A stretch of 64,000 nt of DNA from Thalia democratica (taxonomy: Eukaryota). A program made the position numbers and the translations under genes. The notes under the pieces were generated by a model. The model was given only the letters and a program-made list of their open reading frames with translations, was not told the DNA's origin and did not search any database. This document shows, in pieces, positions 26,190 through 38,639 of this stretch. The DNA lies in contig OZ241832.1 of the NCBI GenBank assembly GCA_965202585.1, positions 10,106,001 to 10,170,000 of the forward strand, written 5' to 3'. The first letter of the stretch is position 1. Every line of letters begins with the position of its first letter.

Positions 26190-28052
26190 AAACTCATTAC
26201 AATTGATTGCCAAGTAAGAGTTTGAACTTTTGTTGCAGTCCTAAAGTTTAAACTCAGTGAGTGTGTATCATAATAACAATATGAATTATAAATGATTCAC
26301 CTTGTCTATAAAGTAAAGAACAATGAACGCTTAAATTAAAATACACTAATACTATCTAAAGTGTTGTAGTATGTAATAACATTTAGAACTAACTGTACTT
26401 ATCTTTAAAATATAAGTATAGTTTTGTTATTTATATTTAAATTACTATGTTTAATTTAATGCAAAATGTGCATATATAAAATAGACCTCAATTCACCTGA
26501 GTTCTGACAAAGTTTATTTTAATTTAAGGTAAATATTTTATTTATTTAGAGCTGTTTATATATGTTTCAAAAACTTTTGGCAACTGTAATGTTAATAAAG
26601 TAGTTTAAAAGAAGTCATTTTCATGAAAATTTTCAAAGCAGCGAAACCTGGGTCTTTTAAGTTAATAAATCATTGTTTATTTTCGGATAAAATAAAAACC
26701 TTGACCGATTATTTCACTTAAGGTAGAAAGTTTTATTCAAAAACTTTGCAATATATAAACTATTAGTTTTCTACATTATTTTTAATCTGGACAACATAAT
26801 TATTATATTAATTATGACTGTGTTATAAAATTATGTTAAAAAATATGATTAACAATGTTTGTCAATCAATCTGAAGTATTACTTAAATTCAACTAAACAA
26901 TAGCAGTGTTGTTTAAGAGTTTAATATATTTTGTCATTTGTTTTCATGTTTAAACTTTCATATTTATTAGTTTTTAACTTTATTTTAGCTTAGGGATGGA
27001 CATCGTTTTATTTTTGCGGCCAAATGTAAAAAATTTTAGTTGTAATTTAACTTATTTTACAAGAGTTATACAAATTTCTACCCATTTCGAATAATTTTTA
27101 TATGACGTATCTGTACTTAGATCAAGTGTAAGTATACTTTTTTTAATAGTGAATAAATCAAGTCGTAATATAAAATCACATAAAGTAGTTGTAACATTTA
27201 ATATATATATATAGTATTGTGATCGTGATTTTCAGAGGTTTTTCTGAATATAGGAACATTTAACTTGATTTTTTAAAATTAAACTGAAAATTAATTCGAC
27301 AATTTCATTTTGATTTTTTTTTCTACACACTATTTAAACACGATGATCACGATTAAAAAACTCTGTAAAGTAAAACAGACAAAGCCATATATACTACTAA
27401 TAGATATTATTGATACTAAAACAGCCAAGTATTAAGTGTAAATTTACTAAAAATCTTTAAAGCTCATATTGTTTGCTCGCTGCCCAATTTTGTAGCTAAA
27501 CCCAGTTCGTTTATTTTTTATATGATATAAAATACTAGATTGCTTAGCTAAGTTAAAGTAAAATTATTTATTCAAAATTCTTAAGATATAAAAATTCTAA
27601 TTCCCTTTGATACTTGCTTTAACCTTAATAAAAAAGAATTTTGACTAGGTATATGTATTGAACTCTGTTAAAACCGCTACTGAATCGAAGTATAGTTTTA
27701 AAAATGTATTTTAGTTATCTTATACTTAAATTTTACTGTTAAATGTTAATCATATACTATTTATAGTTTTAGTCCAGCTTATTTGTTGTGTAGTGCTCAT
27801 TTCAGTTAATATAGTTATTTTATCGTGTTAAAAGATTAATATCAATTAGATGAAAAATACAAATAACTATAAAAGAGAGAACGCTGATTACAATACTTTT
27901 AATACTTTTTATCTATCTCTGTAGTGCTTATAAATAGTTACACTTAAATTTGGGACTAACAAGTTTCGCTTTGATTTTGAGGCGATGAAATTTATTATAA
28001 TTGTAAACTAAGAAAAAAAAATTTCTCTTCAGAAACTTTTCTCTTACAGGCT

Positions 28053-28170
28053 TACGTCACAATATAAAATCACAACACATAGCTTTTATGTAAAGGTTTT
28101 AATATGTGAATCACTCAAAAGTTGTAGTTATTACATAAATTTTGATTTTGAACAGCTTTCTAGAAGCTGT
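28053..28170 (+). repeat. Cassette copy (near consensus)
   Basis: TTACGTCACAATATAAAATCACAACACATAGCTT ... ACAGCT-N7-AGCTGT; spacing 99. Confidence 0.92.
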
Positions 28171-28810
28171 ATACTACTTGAGTAAAATTAATGATAACTG
28201 CTGCTTTGAAGCAAGCTTATTAAAAAAATATAAATTCAGCTCATAACATTTAACACATTGAAAAATACTTTCATCGATTCTAACAAATTTTGAAAATGCT
28301 GCTATTTTGGTTAGTAAAATTAAATAAAATTTTTAATTACTGCTTGTTTGATTATATTTGAAACATTAAAAAAAAAGAATTGAATAAACTTGTTTTCTAC
28401 CATAAAAAATTACGATGTCTTAGCGAACAAGCTCTACTAAGGGTGGTTGTTAAAAGTAGTAATTTTTAAATACATATCTAGTTAACTTTTAGTTACTTAT
28501 TGTATTTTACTGTAAATTTTCAATCATGTGTCATTTAAATATAATGGAAAATGAACTTAACGTTATTATAACCATAAAAAAACTCAGTTTTCTTTTATTT
28601 TTTAATAAGTTAGAAATGCTTTAGTCTTAAGTAGCTTTTGGAATCAATTTTTATTTTACTTTATCGAAAAATTCAAAAATTAAAAACTATTGTTTAGAAA
28701 CACAAGTATACATCTGTTTAATATTTAAACTTGAAAAAAATAAGGAAAACTAATCAAAGTGATAGGACATCTCACTATAATTAACCGATACACTAAAGTT
28801 GTCAATTGCT

Positions 28811-28939
28811 TACGTCATGTTTTATAACAAAAATATTCAGCTGTGATGTGTAGTATATATATATATATATATACAATTACATAGGCGTCTGGTAGTTGCT
28901 AAAAATTTCACAAAATTTAAGTAGCTTTTTAGAAGCTGT
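28811..28939 (+). repeat. Cassette copy with (TA)n expansion
   Basis: TTACGTCATG...; (TA)n at ~28855-28872; GTAGCT-N7-AGCTGT; spacing 110. Confidence 0.8.
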
Positions 28940-29177
28940 AATATGTTTAAATAAAACTAGTGGTAAAGCATTAAGTGATTAAAATAGATAATCTTAATTG
29001 TTTACATCTATAATAGATCACCAGCTTCTATTTGTAATGTAAAGCTCGTAAACCAATTGAAATTCTTAAAACCGTTTATATTACTTTGTAACTTTGTATA
29101 TTAAATAGATTTGAAGCAGCTGTAACTTATATCTTTAATTTCGCAAAAAGGTGTTATTTTTTTATATCTATAAACTT

Positions 29178-29287
29178 AACGTCACAATAAAAATATGTAT
29201 TATAAACGTTTTGTATACAAAATAAGTCTAACTACTCAAACCAGGCTCTTCTACAGTCGCTTTTTTTAACTGCTTTGTTATAACTGA
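29178..29287 (+). repeat. Cassette copy
   Basis: AACGTCACAATAAAAA..TTTTGTATACAAA ... ACTGCT-N7-AACTGA; spacing 91. Confidence 0.65.
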
Positions 29288-29465
29288 AATTTATTTATAT
29301 CTACAGCTATTTGATGCTTATATTCTAAAATTGAATGTAGCTGATGAATGCAAATTCAACCGGCTGTTGTTTATATATTTTACAGTTAACAGCAATTACA
29401 CACAATAGGTTAATATTTAGTTTTAAGTATTGTATAAACTTGATATCTCTCAATAACCTCAATAA

Positions 29466-29582
29466 CCTCTCACTTTATAACCTTGCACGCTATAGTTTCA
29501 CATTGTTGTTTTTATACTGAATGTAATTTTTAAGCGTAGCTACTAAATTTTGACTAATTTTAAACAGCTTTCTAGTAGCTGC
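29466..29582 (+). repeat. Cassette copy
   Basis: TCACTTTATAA ... ACAGCTTTCTAGTAGCTGC; spacing 98. Confidence 0.8.
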
Positions 29583-30256
29583 AATTTTATCTAAGTTATC
29601 ATTTAGCTAACTGCTTTAGAAAGCAGCCTTAAAATGCAAAGCTATAAAAGCCTTGATTTATACAAATACTATACTTTCGATTACGTATAAAAATAAAAAC
29701 AAAAATTACAATTATGATAAAAACAATAATAGTAAAAACATGTGGTTTTGCCGTTAATTTTTTTAGTTTATTTATAAAATTAGAATCAGGTTTGATAAAG
29801 TTATTAAAAGTTAAAACTTAATTTTTAATCCTCTATATAAGGTTATTTAATGTTTATTAGAAAAACAAACTAATCATTTATTATACATAACAATAAATTT
29901 AGAAAAAATAAAATTTTAGTAAATTTTTTGAATATATTTTACAAAACAATTATTATGCTTTACAGAAAAGTACGTTTTTATTTCGAGTTGTGTAAATATA
30001 TCAGTGAGCTAATATTATAAATATTAAAAAGTTTACTAGAAGATTCGCTTGAAGTATTGATAAAATAAACATGTTTGAAAAGTTAATTGTTTGATTTGTC
30101 TATTTTTAAGCCACTTTTTATTCTTTTTTAGAATAATATCTTTGTTTATAAGTATCTTAATTTATATAATTTTCATATATATAAATTTACTTTGTTGGTT
30201 ACTTAAGAAAATAACCTGTTACCTGTCACTGATGCCAGTATAATTTTTCAAATTCG

Positions 30257-30375
30257 TACGTCACGTTATAAAATTCAAAGCATGTAGGCTTACATTTTGT
30301 ATTCAAATAGAGTAAAATTAACAGCAATACTAACCTACTTTTTGACAAAGTTATATACAGTTTTCTAGTAGCTGT
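30257..30375 (+). repeat. Cassette copy
   Basis: TACGTCACGTTATAAAATTC..CATGTAGGCTT ... ACAGTTTTCTAGTAGCTGT; spacing 100. Confidence 0.87.
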
Positions 30376-30863
30376 TACTTTTATTAACGTTTAATTGACC
30401 TCCGCGCAGTTAAGAAATGCATGTTAAGCGAAGTTTCAATTGAAATAAAAAAAAAGTCTAAATAAATTTTAATTTAGAAGATTAAGTAGATAAAGAGGGT
30501 ATGGTTTAATTTAAGCGAGTATTTTTAAAAAAGTAACTTATTAAAACAGGCAAGTAGAAAAAACTGCGTAACCAAAAATATTAAAATAATGCTATAAAGT
30601 AAATTTTTTATAAAATGAAAACTATAAGTTCTCTAAAAAAAAAATAATTGCATTTAAAATTTGGTATCCTTTAAAGTTTACGTCACATGTAATCAACGAC
30701 AAATAGCTGCAATCAGCATTATAAATAGATAACGATTTATGAACTTATTTTAAATAAACTGATTTAATATTTGAAAAAAGATTTAAAGAGTTGATACTTT
30801 TTAACATTTTAACTTAAAAATAATTAACAATAACAATTTTAATTAAATAGCAACTAGAAAACT

Positions 30864-30990
30864 CAGTGGTCGTCAAAGTGTACACTGGTATACAGTAGTG
30901 TACAAAAAAATTTTTTTGGGTTTGCCCGAAATCTTTAAGGTACACGAAACTCATTAAGGGTTGCACGAAATTTTTAGATAGCACAGAAAA
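30864..30990. mobile_element. hAT-like terminal fragment (CAGTGGTCG end)
   Basis: Reverse-complement homologue at ~37450-37578 ending ACACTGTGCCGACCACAG; ACACGAAA subrepeats. Confidence 0.6.
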
Positions 30991-31266
30991 ATACAAAGAG
31001 TTAAATTAAGTATGTAGTTAATATTTAATAAAGTATTTAAAGAATACTGAACTTGGGATTTTGTAGTAATTGCGGAGAAGTGTTTAATTAATAAGGATGT
31101 AAGACAAAGCCATATAACTAAAATATCAATGTTGAAATATGATAAAACAAATAAAGAGGTCAATAAAAAAGAGAATCATACAAAAAGCTTTCAAAAGTAT
31201 GCTTGATTAAAATTTGTAAGTGTAATTTTGCCATTATTTGTTTAGAATATTATTAAACAAATAGCT

Positions 31267-31382
31267 GTTCTCACCAGCAGTAACCACAACATGTATATGC
31301 AATATAGTGTATATAAACAGAGTTAATATATTTGTAAGTTGATAATTTTGTTCATAATTTCAAACAGCTTTCTAGTAGCTGT
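31267..31382 (+). repeat. Cassette copy
   Basis: AACCACAACATGT..GTGTATATAAACAGAG ... perfect palindrome; spacing 97. Confidence 0.82.
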
Positions 31383-32200
31383 AATTTTAATCAAACAAGC
31401 AACAACTAATCGCAGTATTTCATACATATTTTGTTAGTTTTTACTACTCATTTTTTGAGGAGTAAAACCGTATTTGCCTGAAAAAAAAACGAGCTTGTTG
31501 TAGTTTAACAACTTGCTTTAAGTTTATTTTTTCACAATCTTAGTTTAAATAAAAAGTGTTCGACAATTTGTTTTTACCATGGTTTGATACTTCTATGCCT
31601 TTAAATTTGTTAAATTTCACTTGGTGTTAAATTAATAAAACAGATAGTTTTTTTTAGCTGTATTTACGTTTATATGACTTGATATATCTCAATTGCCTAC
31701 ATCACATTCTAAAAACACAACTTGTAACGTTTTGTTTATAAATTGTATTTATAAATGATTAGTTCAATTTATAAGAAAGTGATAGACATTACGAAAATGT
31801 TATGATCAGTTTTAGTTAATCAAAGTATTTTTGTAACATTATTTTCACTAAAACTTTGAACCATCACCTTAAAATTACTAAAAAATCTATAAATATGTCA
31901 GAACTATATAAGTTAAATTAAGTAAAAACAATATGGAACCAACTCGTTATCATAAAAAGTTATTTTTCATTTTTATTAAACATTGAAAATTATATACTCC
32001 TCCAGTTAGTACAAGTATTTTGATAGTGACTATAAAAATGTTTAACTTTTACAGTATTTTTTTAGCTAACAGAGTTTTGCTAAAACAGAGTGTGTTTCAA
32101 AAAAAAATAACCTTAGTAAAAAAAAAAAATTAAAACTTTAGATTTACAATTTTTTACATAAGCATATATAGATTTCTAAAATTGATAATTCTTGTTAACC

Positions 32201-32317
32201 TACGTCAAATTAAAACTTTATTCCATGTAGCTTTTACTTTTTGTATATAAACCAAATATTTTTAATTGGTGCATCAATATTTTTAATGAAAAATTTAAAC
32301 AGTTTTCCAGTGTCTGC
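32201..32317 (+). repeat. Cassette copy
   Basis: TACGTCAAATTAAAA..CATGTAGCTTT..TTTTGTATATAAACC ... ACAGTT..; spacing 98. Confidence 0.78.
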
Positions 32318-32828
32318 GAATTTGATAAAATTAATAAAAGTAAGTTGTCCGCCTGAAAGAGCAGTTTTGAAAATTGAGATTAGAAACACCATCATCTACC
32401 ATTAATCTGATATATTTACGATGTGAATTTTAAATGCCAGTTCTTAAATGTTGGCTGTTAGGTATCAAAACCTAAGCTAGGATTTAATTTTCAAGTAATT
32501 AGTTTAAAACGGAAATTCTTAATAGTTTTGATTATTTATTATATCAAAATTTTTTTTAATGTTTTCGATGTGAGTTTGTAAAACGTTATACTTATATTAA
32601 AAATATTATATAACAAATAAATTCTTAAGCAAATTTAAATTAAACATCCTTTTTTTCCTGCTTTTGTAATAAACTAAGAAAAAAGCCAAAAATTTAGAAT
32701 CTTCGAAGTATGTCAACTAGATTAAACGCTATAACTTTTAGCATATCAATTTTTAAATTCTAGTCAAAAATAATCATACTAGTTATACAAAAATAAATAT
32801 AAATTATAAAATCTGCTATACTACAGAT

Positions 32829-34299
32829 CAGAGGCGTGTCTAGACTTTTTTCAAAGGGGGTTCACAATTTTTTTATTCTTAATTTCTCGCTTAAGTACGC
32901 ATTTCTTAGGTATGCACTGCCAATTAAATAGGCAATATTTAGCCGAAAAACTCTGTGTATGAAATGCTTTTTTCTGCTTAGAAAAAAAAAAAATAAGTTT
33001 TAATGGGAAAAAACTATATAATATTTTTTATTATACTGTATCTAATTTACATAAATTAAAACTAGAAGAGCCGAAAATAAAAACATTTATAATAATATAA
33101 TTTTTCAAGTAATTTAATCTATGAAAATTTAAATTTCACTAAAAAAAAATGGGTAATTGCTTAAGATGATGTCGCATTAATATCAAGCTAAAATTATTTT
33201 AAATTCAATGTTGTCATTTTTTTAAGTAATCTCTTTTACCATAGTTATAGGTTAAGAAATTATATTTTATAAATATATAAATAGATCTTATTTATCATAA
33301 ACCAATAAAAATAAAATATTTGATTGCTTTTAATTTTTTTAATAATGCATATGATACAATACTTATTTACATTACTGTACTGTAAAATAAAATAAATTAA
33401 GTATTTTAGTTTATAAAAAAAGAATTTAATTCTAACTATGTATTTATATAGCTTGTTTAAAACGAAGTACAATTTTAGATCAATCATACAAGGCTTAAAA
33501 TATTGATTTTAAGCCTAAAATTGAGGTTCAAAAAGCCATTTAACACGATATAACTTCAGCCTGATATTGGTGCAACATCATCCTAGGTATTTACCAAAAA
33601 TGTTTAGACTTTTACAACTAAATTAAAATATCTTTAGACTGTAGTTAAATGTTTGCCTAATGGTGGAGGAATTCTAATAATAATTTTGAAAACTCTCTGA
33701 GTTAAAAAACTCAAAAAATCAGGAATTAACTTATAAATAAATATTCAAAAACCATTAAATGATACAAGAATAAAAAGAACTTTTCAAGGTTTAAAGCCAG
33801 TTGGTTGACATATAAACAAAAAATATAAATTTCAAAGTACAAAAGCTTAACACAACATTATTATATACAACCAAATAAGTATAATAAAATTTAAGTGATT
33901 GTATTGGACATTTTTCAAATAAAATTGTACTTACTAGTTCAAAAACAATTCTGTATAAAATTTTTTTACGATAAGTAACTATTTATAGTTGGAACTAAAA
34001 GCACCTTAGTAAAACGTTTCCTAGAAGAAAATGCTACTTTAAAACTTTTACCTATTATGACATCACAATTGAAATTTCATTTGAAATTTATTTCAGCTGG
34101 GCAAAAAAGAGCATTTTTTTTTAAGGAAACTTTGTAATCTTTCAGTGCTATAAATTCAACGTTCATTATTCAAAGTTTATTTAATAACTAAAACAAAGTC
34201 TATAAACAACGTTTTTAGTGATATTCTAAAAACCTTTTTTTTTCTTTTTTTTTTCAGGGGGTTCCTAGGAAACAGGAAACCAATCAAAACACGCCCCTG
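32829..34299. mobile_element. Defective hAT DNA transposon
   Basis: TIR CAGAGGCGTGT / ACACGCCCCTG; 6/8 TSD CTACAGAT/TTACAGAC; weak decayed transposase-like text on the minus strand ~33540-33820. Confidence 0.8.
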
Positions 34300-34468
34300 T
34301 TACAGACTCAGTTTCGTTGCTTGTTTAGAAAAAGCAATTGTACAACACTTGTACTTACATGTATTACTACTTCTAGACTCCTCAACATAACAACGCGTAG
34401 TTTCAAATAAATATATTATTAGCTTTTTTAGCAAGCTATCATTTATGTATATTGATACTCTCAACTAA

Positions 34469-34586
34469 TTAGTAACATTATGAAAACAATACATGTAACT
34501 TCAATATATTGTTAATAAAAACGAGTATTATTTGAAGAGTAAGTGTTTAATTTAGTAAAAATTTAAAACAGCTAAATACTAGCTAT
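34469..34586 (+). repeat. Cassette copy
   Basis: CATTATGAAAACAATACATGTAACTTCAA..AAACGAGT ... ACAGCT-N7-AGCTAT; spacing 99. Confidence 0.78.
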
Positions 34587-35182
34587 AACATTTATTAAAA
34601 TCATAAAAGCGACATATAACTTTTGTTGGCTTGCTGTCCTTAAAGTTCGTAGAAAAAACCAAATATTTCTGGTCAATAATGTCCTCTGTTTTTAGATATG
34701 CATTTAAATATTCAATTTATTAGCTAAATTAAAGAAAAGTTATTTCTACAACAATCTTAAGGTATAAAAGTTTTCAATTTCCTTTGATTTCTGCTTTAAT
34801 CTTGACGATAAAGAGTAGTCACCGGTTTGTTTATTACTATTCAATAAAACCACTAGACAATCAAATTTAATTTTTGAAATTTTTTATTAAATTAAGTCCT
34901 GCATAATTGTTGTGATGTGCTCACTTCACTTAAACTTTTTTGTCGTTAAAAAACTCATTTATATTACATGAAATATAAAAAAAGCTTTAATCAAGAACAC
35001 ACATAATATAATACTTTAACTAACTTTTATTTATCTCTATAGTGCTTATAAATAGTTACACATTAACTTTCAGTTTAACAAGTTTACTATTTTATTTTCT
35101 TAAACATGAATTGTGTTATGATAAACTAACTAAAGTGATTTTATCATCGGATATTTCTCTATCAGAGGCTTACGTAGAGGCT

Positions 35183-35302
35183 TACGTACCATTATAAAAT
35201 CACATTATATAGCTTCGATGTATAGAATATAAATAGTTAGGAATTTCCGACTATTGTGATGGTTATTTCAAGTATAATTTTAAACAGCTTTCTAGTAGCT
35301 TT
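35183..35302 (+). repeat. Cassette copy (duplicated AGAGGCTTACGT)
   Basis: TTACGTACCATTATAAAATCACATTATATAGCTTCG ... ACAGCTTTCTAGTAGCT; spacing 101. Confidence 0.9.
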
Positions 35303-37449
35303 AAAGTGTAAAGTGATAATAATGCTGACTGATGAATTTATGCCACCTTCTAGACGAAAGTATGAGTTCAGCTAACAATATTCAACTCATTGAACAACAA
35401 TCCCATCGATTTTGATAAATTTTAAATTCGCTCTTATTTTAATTAATGATTAGTCAATTTTTATAGAATTGTAGTGTATTCTAATAGTTGTTAAAGGGTT
35501 TTATAGTTTTAACTTTCATGGAGTCAGAAACACCAACTAATTGTAAATGGTTAGACACAAAAAATAATTTTTTAATTATTTAAATAAAAAATAGTGCCTT
35601 TGCTTAAGATAAAATTTTTATTCAAACTGATATATCTAATATTCAAAGTTTTTAGCTTAATTACCTTTGAGACTAAAATAGGATTTTATTTATTATTATT
35701 ACTATTTTTACTAAAATCTTTTTTTTTAGCTTTATTATCATTACATTGTATTTTTTGTTATGTTGAATCATGCATCAAAATCTGAGTCACTTGAACAGGG
35801 CACAAAAGAATGAAAAGAAGAAGGAAAAAAAAACATTTTTATGCAATAAAAATTAACATAAACAAAATATTAAGCAGAGTATTTATTATAAAACACTCAT
35901 TATTAAATTAATACTTATTTTCTTGAAATAAAAGGCATTTTATTAATACATATAAACACATTTGTAAAATAAAATTGTACGTATAAAAGTAAATAAATAG
36001 TCTGTTACGGGGAGGCGTAGTGAAACAAAAATAATCAATATTACAAATAGTAAAATCAACAACTCAGTAGTAAATTTGATGACATAAATACTATATAAAT
36101 TTTATTTATTTGCTTTTTTTCTGTTTTTTAATGAAAAGTTACTGAACTTACTGATATATATGGTATTCAATTTAAAGGTTTTTAATTTAAAGCGAAAATG
36201 TTTAACCTTCTCAAACGATATCACACCCTGTGGTAACTTTTTGTACCTAGTATCTGATCTACTTTAAATTAACCTTACAACTGACCGTTGTTAAAATTAT
36301 GTAAACACTGTATTTTCCTAATATTTCTTTTATGGATAAAACTAAAAGTTGACTCCAAAAAAATTTATGTTTGCTTTAATATTTTATTAGGAGTAGTCGA
36401 GTTAACTAATCAACTAATAAAAGAGTTGCAACTTTTTATAGCAAAAATCTTTGTTGAGTGTTAAAAAAATTTATCCTGAGTTACATAAACTAGTCAAGTC
36501 ATCCTTATTTATGAGAAAAAAAATAAAAGTTAAATTGATAACTTCAAAGATTAACAGTTTATTTTTTGTTAAAACAACAGATCAAAAAAGCTAGTAAAAA
36601 AAATGTAAAAAAAAATCAACTTTTATAGTTAATAAAATTAAGTAACAAGTATTTATATAAAAAGCATACCTAGCTAGCCTGATATTTACAAAAAAGAAAA
36701 CCAGAAAAACATTAGCCAGCCTGAGACTTTCGAAAGACCTTTATAAAATTCAAATTAGCCTCTGTGTGTGGCAACTCAATGTTAATATAAGCCTATAATT
36801 TCTTTAAACTTTATATGTACTATTCATCTATGGATAAAGGTATAATATTTACTTATTTAAAAACTGAAGTTATTCAAAACTTAAATTTGTTTTTTTTATT
36901 ACTACTGATATGCATCTATATAAAGAGAATTGTTAATATAATCAACTATTTTTATCTTAATAAAAGTATTTTTTATTGAACGTAAATTATTTAGCTTTCC
37001 TGTAAATATAACAATTAGAATTAAATTTTCATTATTATTGAAATAATAATATAACTATCATGTGAATATCTTTATAGAAATTATTGTTCAGTGTAAAAAG
37101 TATGTAATATTAATTAATTAAAAAGGGAATTTTCTTCATTAAGCAAATTATTGTAACTTACTAGTATAACCTAAGAATACTAACTTTTTTTAACTTAATC
37201 ATGATCGTCGCTAAATGACATCTTCCTCCACATCAGTCAACTGAATTCACAAGAGCATCAAGCATTCTGTTTGTTCTTTTAGATGCAAGCTGTTTCCTTA
37301 ATGTTTAAAGAATGATAAGTGATTTTTACCATAAAAATAGATCATGAGAGTAAAATGGCCAATAAACCAAAAGCTAAATTAACACCAGGGCTTTATTTAA
37401 CTTAAGTATTTCATATGTCCTTAAACTAAGTAAATATAACAATAAGACA

Positions 37450-37578
37450 AAAAAAACTGTGTAATCTCAAAATTTCGTGCACCCCTAAATAAATTTCGTG
37501 TACCCTAAAAGTTTCATGCACCTCAAAAAAAATTTAGTGTACACTATGGTGCACCAATTTACACTGTGCCGACCACAG
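37450..37578. mobile_element. hAT-like terminal fragment (inverse of 30864)
   Basis: TTTCGTG subrepeats and terminal ACACTGTGCCGACCACAG. Confidence 0.6.
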
Positions 37579-37632
37579 GTCTATTAAATAATACCGCAGT
37601 CCAAGAACTAGATTTAGCAGTATAAACTTAAA

Positions 37633-38130
37633 AAATTGCACAAAGGCACAAAATTGCAATAATAACTTTTGCACAAGCAGACAATTTTGCACAGAGACAT
37701 TTATGCACGTGTAGAGTTTTAATTATTTATGTTTTTTTATTGATTATTTTTTTCTTAATTTATATATATTTTCTTTTTATTTTACAATCACTCTTACCCC
37801 TAACCTTTACCCTCAGTCGGTTGCTTTTTTGTTGTTTTTTAATTAACTTAGTTTTATTTATTTAATTTTCTTGTTATTTTTAATAATTAGTTTTTTATTT
37901 TTGTTTTTACTATCACTGTTACCCCTGAGCCTTACTCTCGGTCAATAACTTTTTTTTTCTTTTGTTATTTTTCTATTTTTTACGTATATATTTTTTCTGT
38001 TTATTTTTATTCTTAGCAAAAATAACCCTTGGTACTTAATTATAACCTGTTTAAAAGTACCTTTGTGCAATACTGAATTTTCAAGCAATCTTTTATTCGT
38101 GCAATTTAATCCCCTTGTGCAATTTTGACC
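37633..38130. mobile_element. Non-autonomous inverted-repeat element (TTGCAC/GTGCAA subrepeats, CCCTAACC-like internal repeats)
   Basis: Left arm AAATTGCACAAAG repeats mirror right arm GTGCAATTTT; internal ACCCTCA/CTCGGTC units; paralogue at 42384. Confidence 0.75.
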
Positions 38131-38639
38131 TTCACTTATTTTTCTTAAACTGTTAATGTTTGTATTTAAAAAATTAAAACAAACTTATATTTAATTTTTG
38201 CAAACTTAAACTTTAAATCAAAATTAAGTTTTAACTTTAATAATATAAACTATGTGAAACTTATTACTTTCAACTTTTATATTAATTAAGTTTCGAACAA
38301 ATTTGGTAGATGTAATTTAACTATATCAATTGTACTAATGTCAAAGAAAAAGTAAAACAATAAATTAAATCGTAGAAGATTCAATTGTTAAAGTTAATTA
38401 AACAAATAATTTACAGCATTAACTCAGTAAACATTTAAAAAAAATAGATACACAAGTCCTATTAAAAAATACTTTAGTCGTTATCGATCTTTCCAAATTT
38501 GGCTGATTTTTTGTCAAGAAAAAATTTCAAAGTTATGTTTGAAAAGTATACGTCTATATCGAACTATAAGATCGTTAAGAATAAAAACAAATATTTTGTT
38601 ACTTTTTTGACTTCAATAAAGTTTTAGAATACTCAAATC

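Noticed and set aside
26990-27360. Possible MITE ends (TAGGGATGGA; GTGATCGTGAT/ATCACGAT)
   Set aside because: Could not pair termini or find a TSD.
31364-31400. Spliced-leader RNA genes
   Set aside because: No conserved leader ending in AG|GT and no canonical Sm site; the GTAAT after the palindrome is preceded by CT.
35328-35365. CTGATGA...GAAAG as a hammerhead
   Set aside because: No stem II, stem I or stem III pairing.
37200-37300. Minus-strand peptide-like fragment RKQLASKRTNRMLDALVNS
   Set aside because: Too short and interrupted, family not recognised; probably TE debris.
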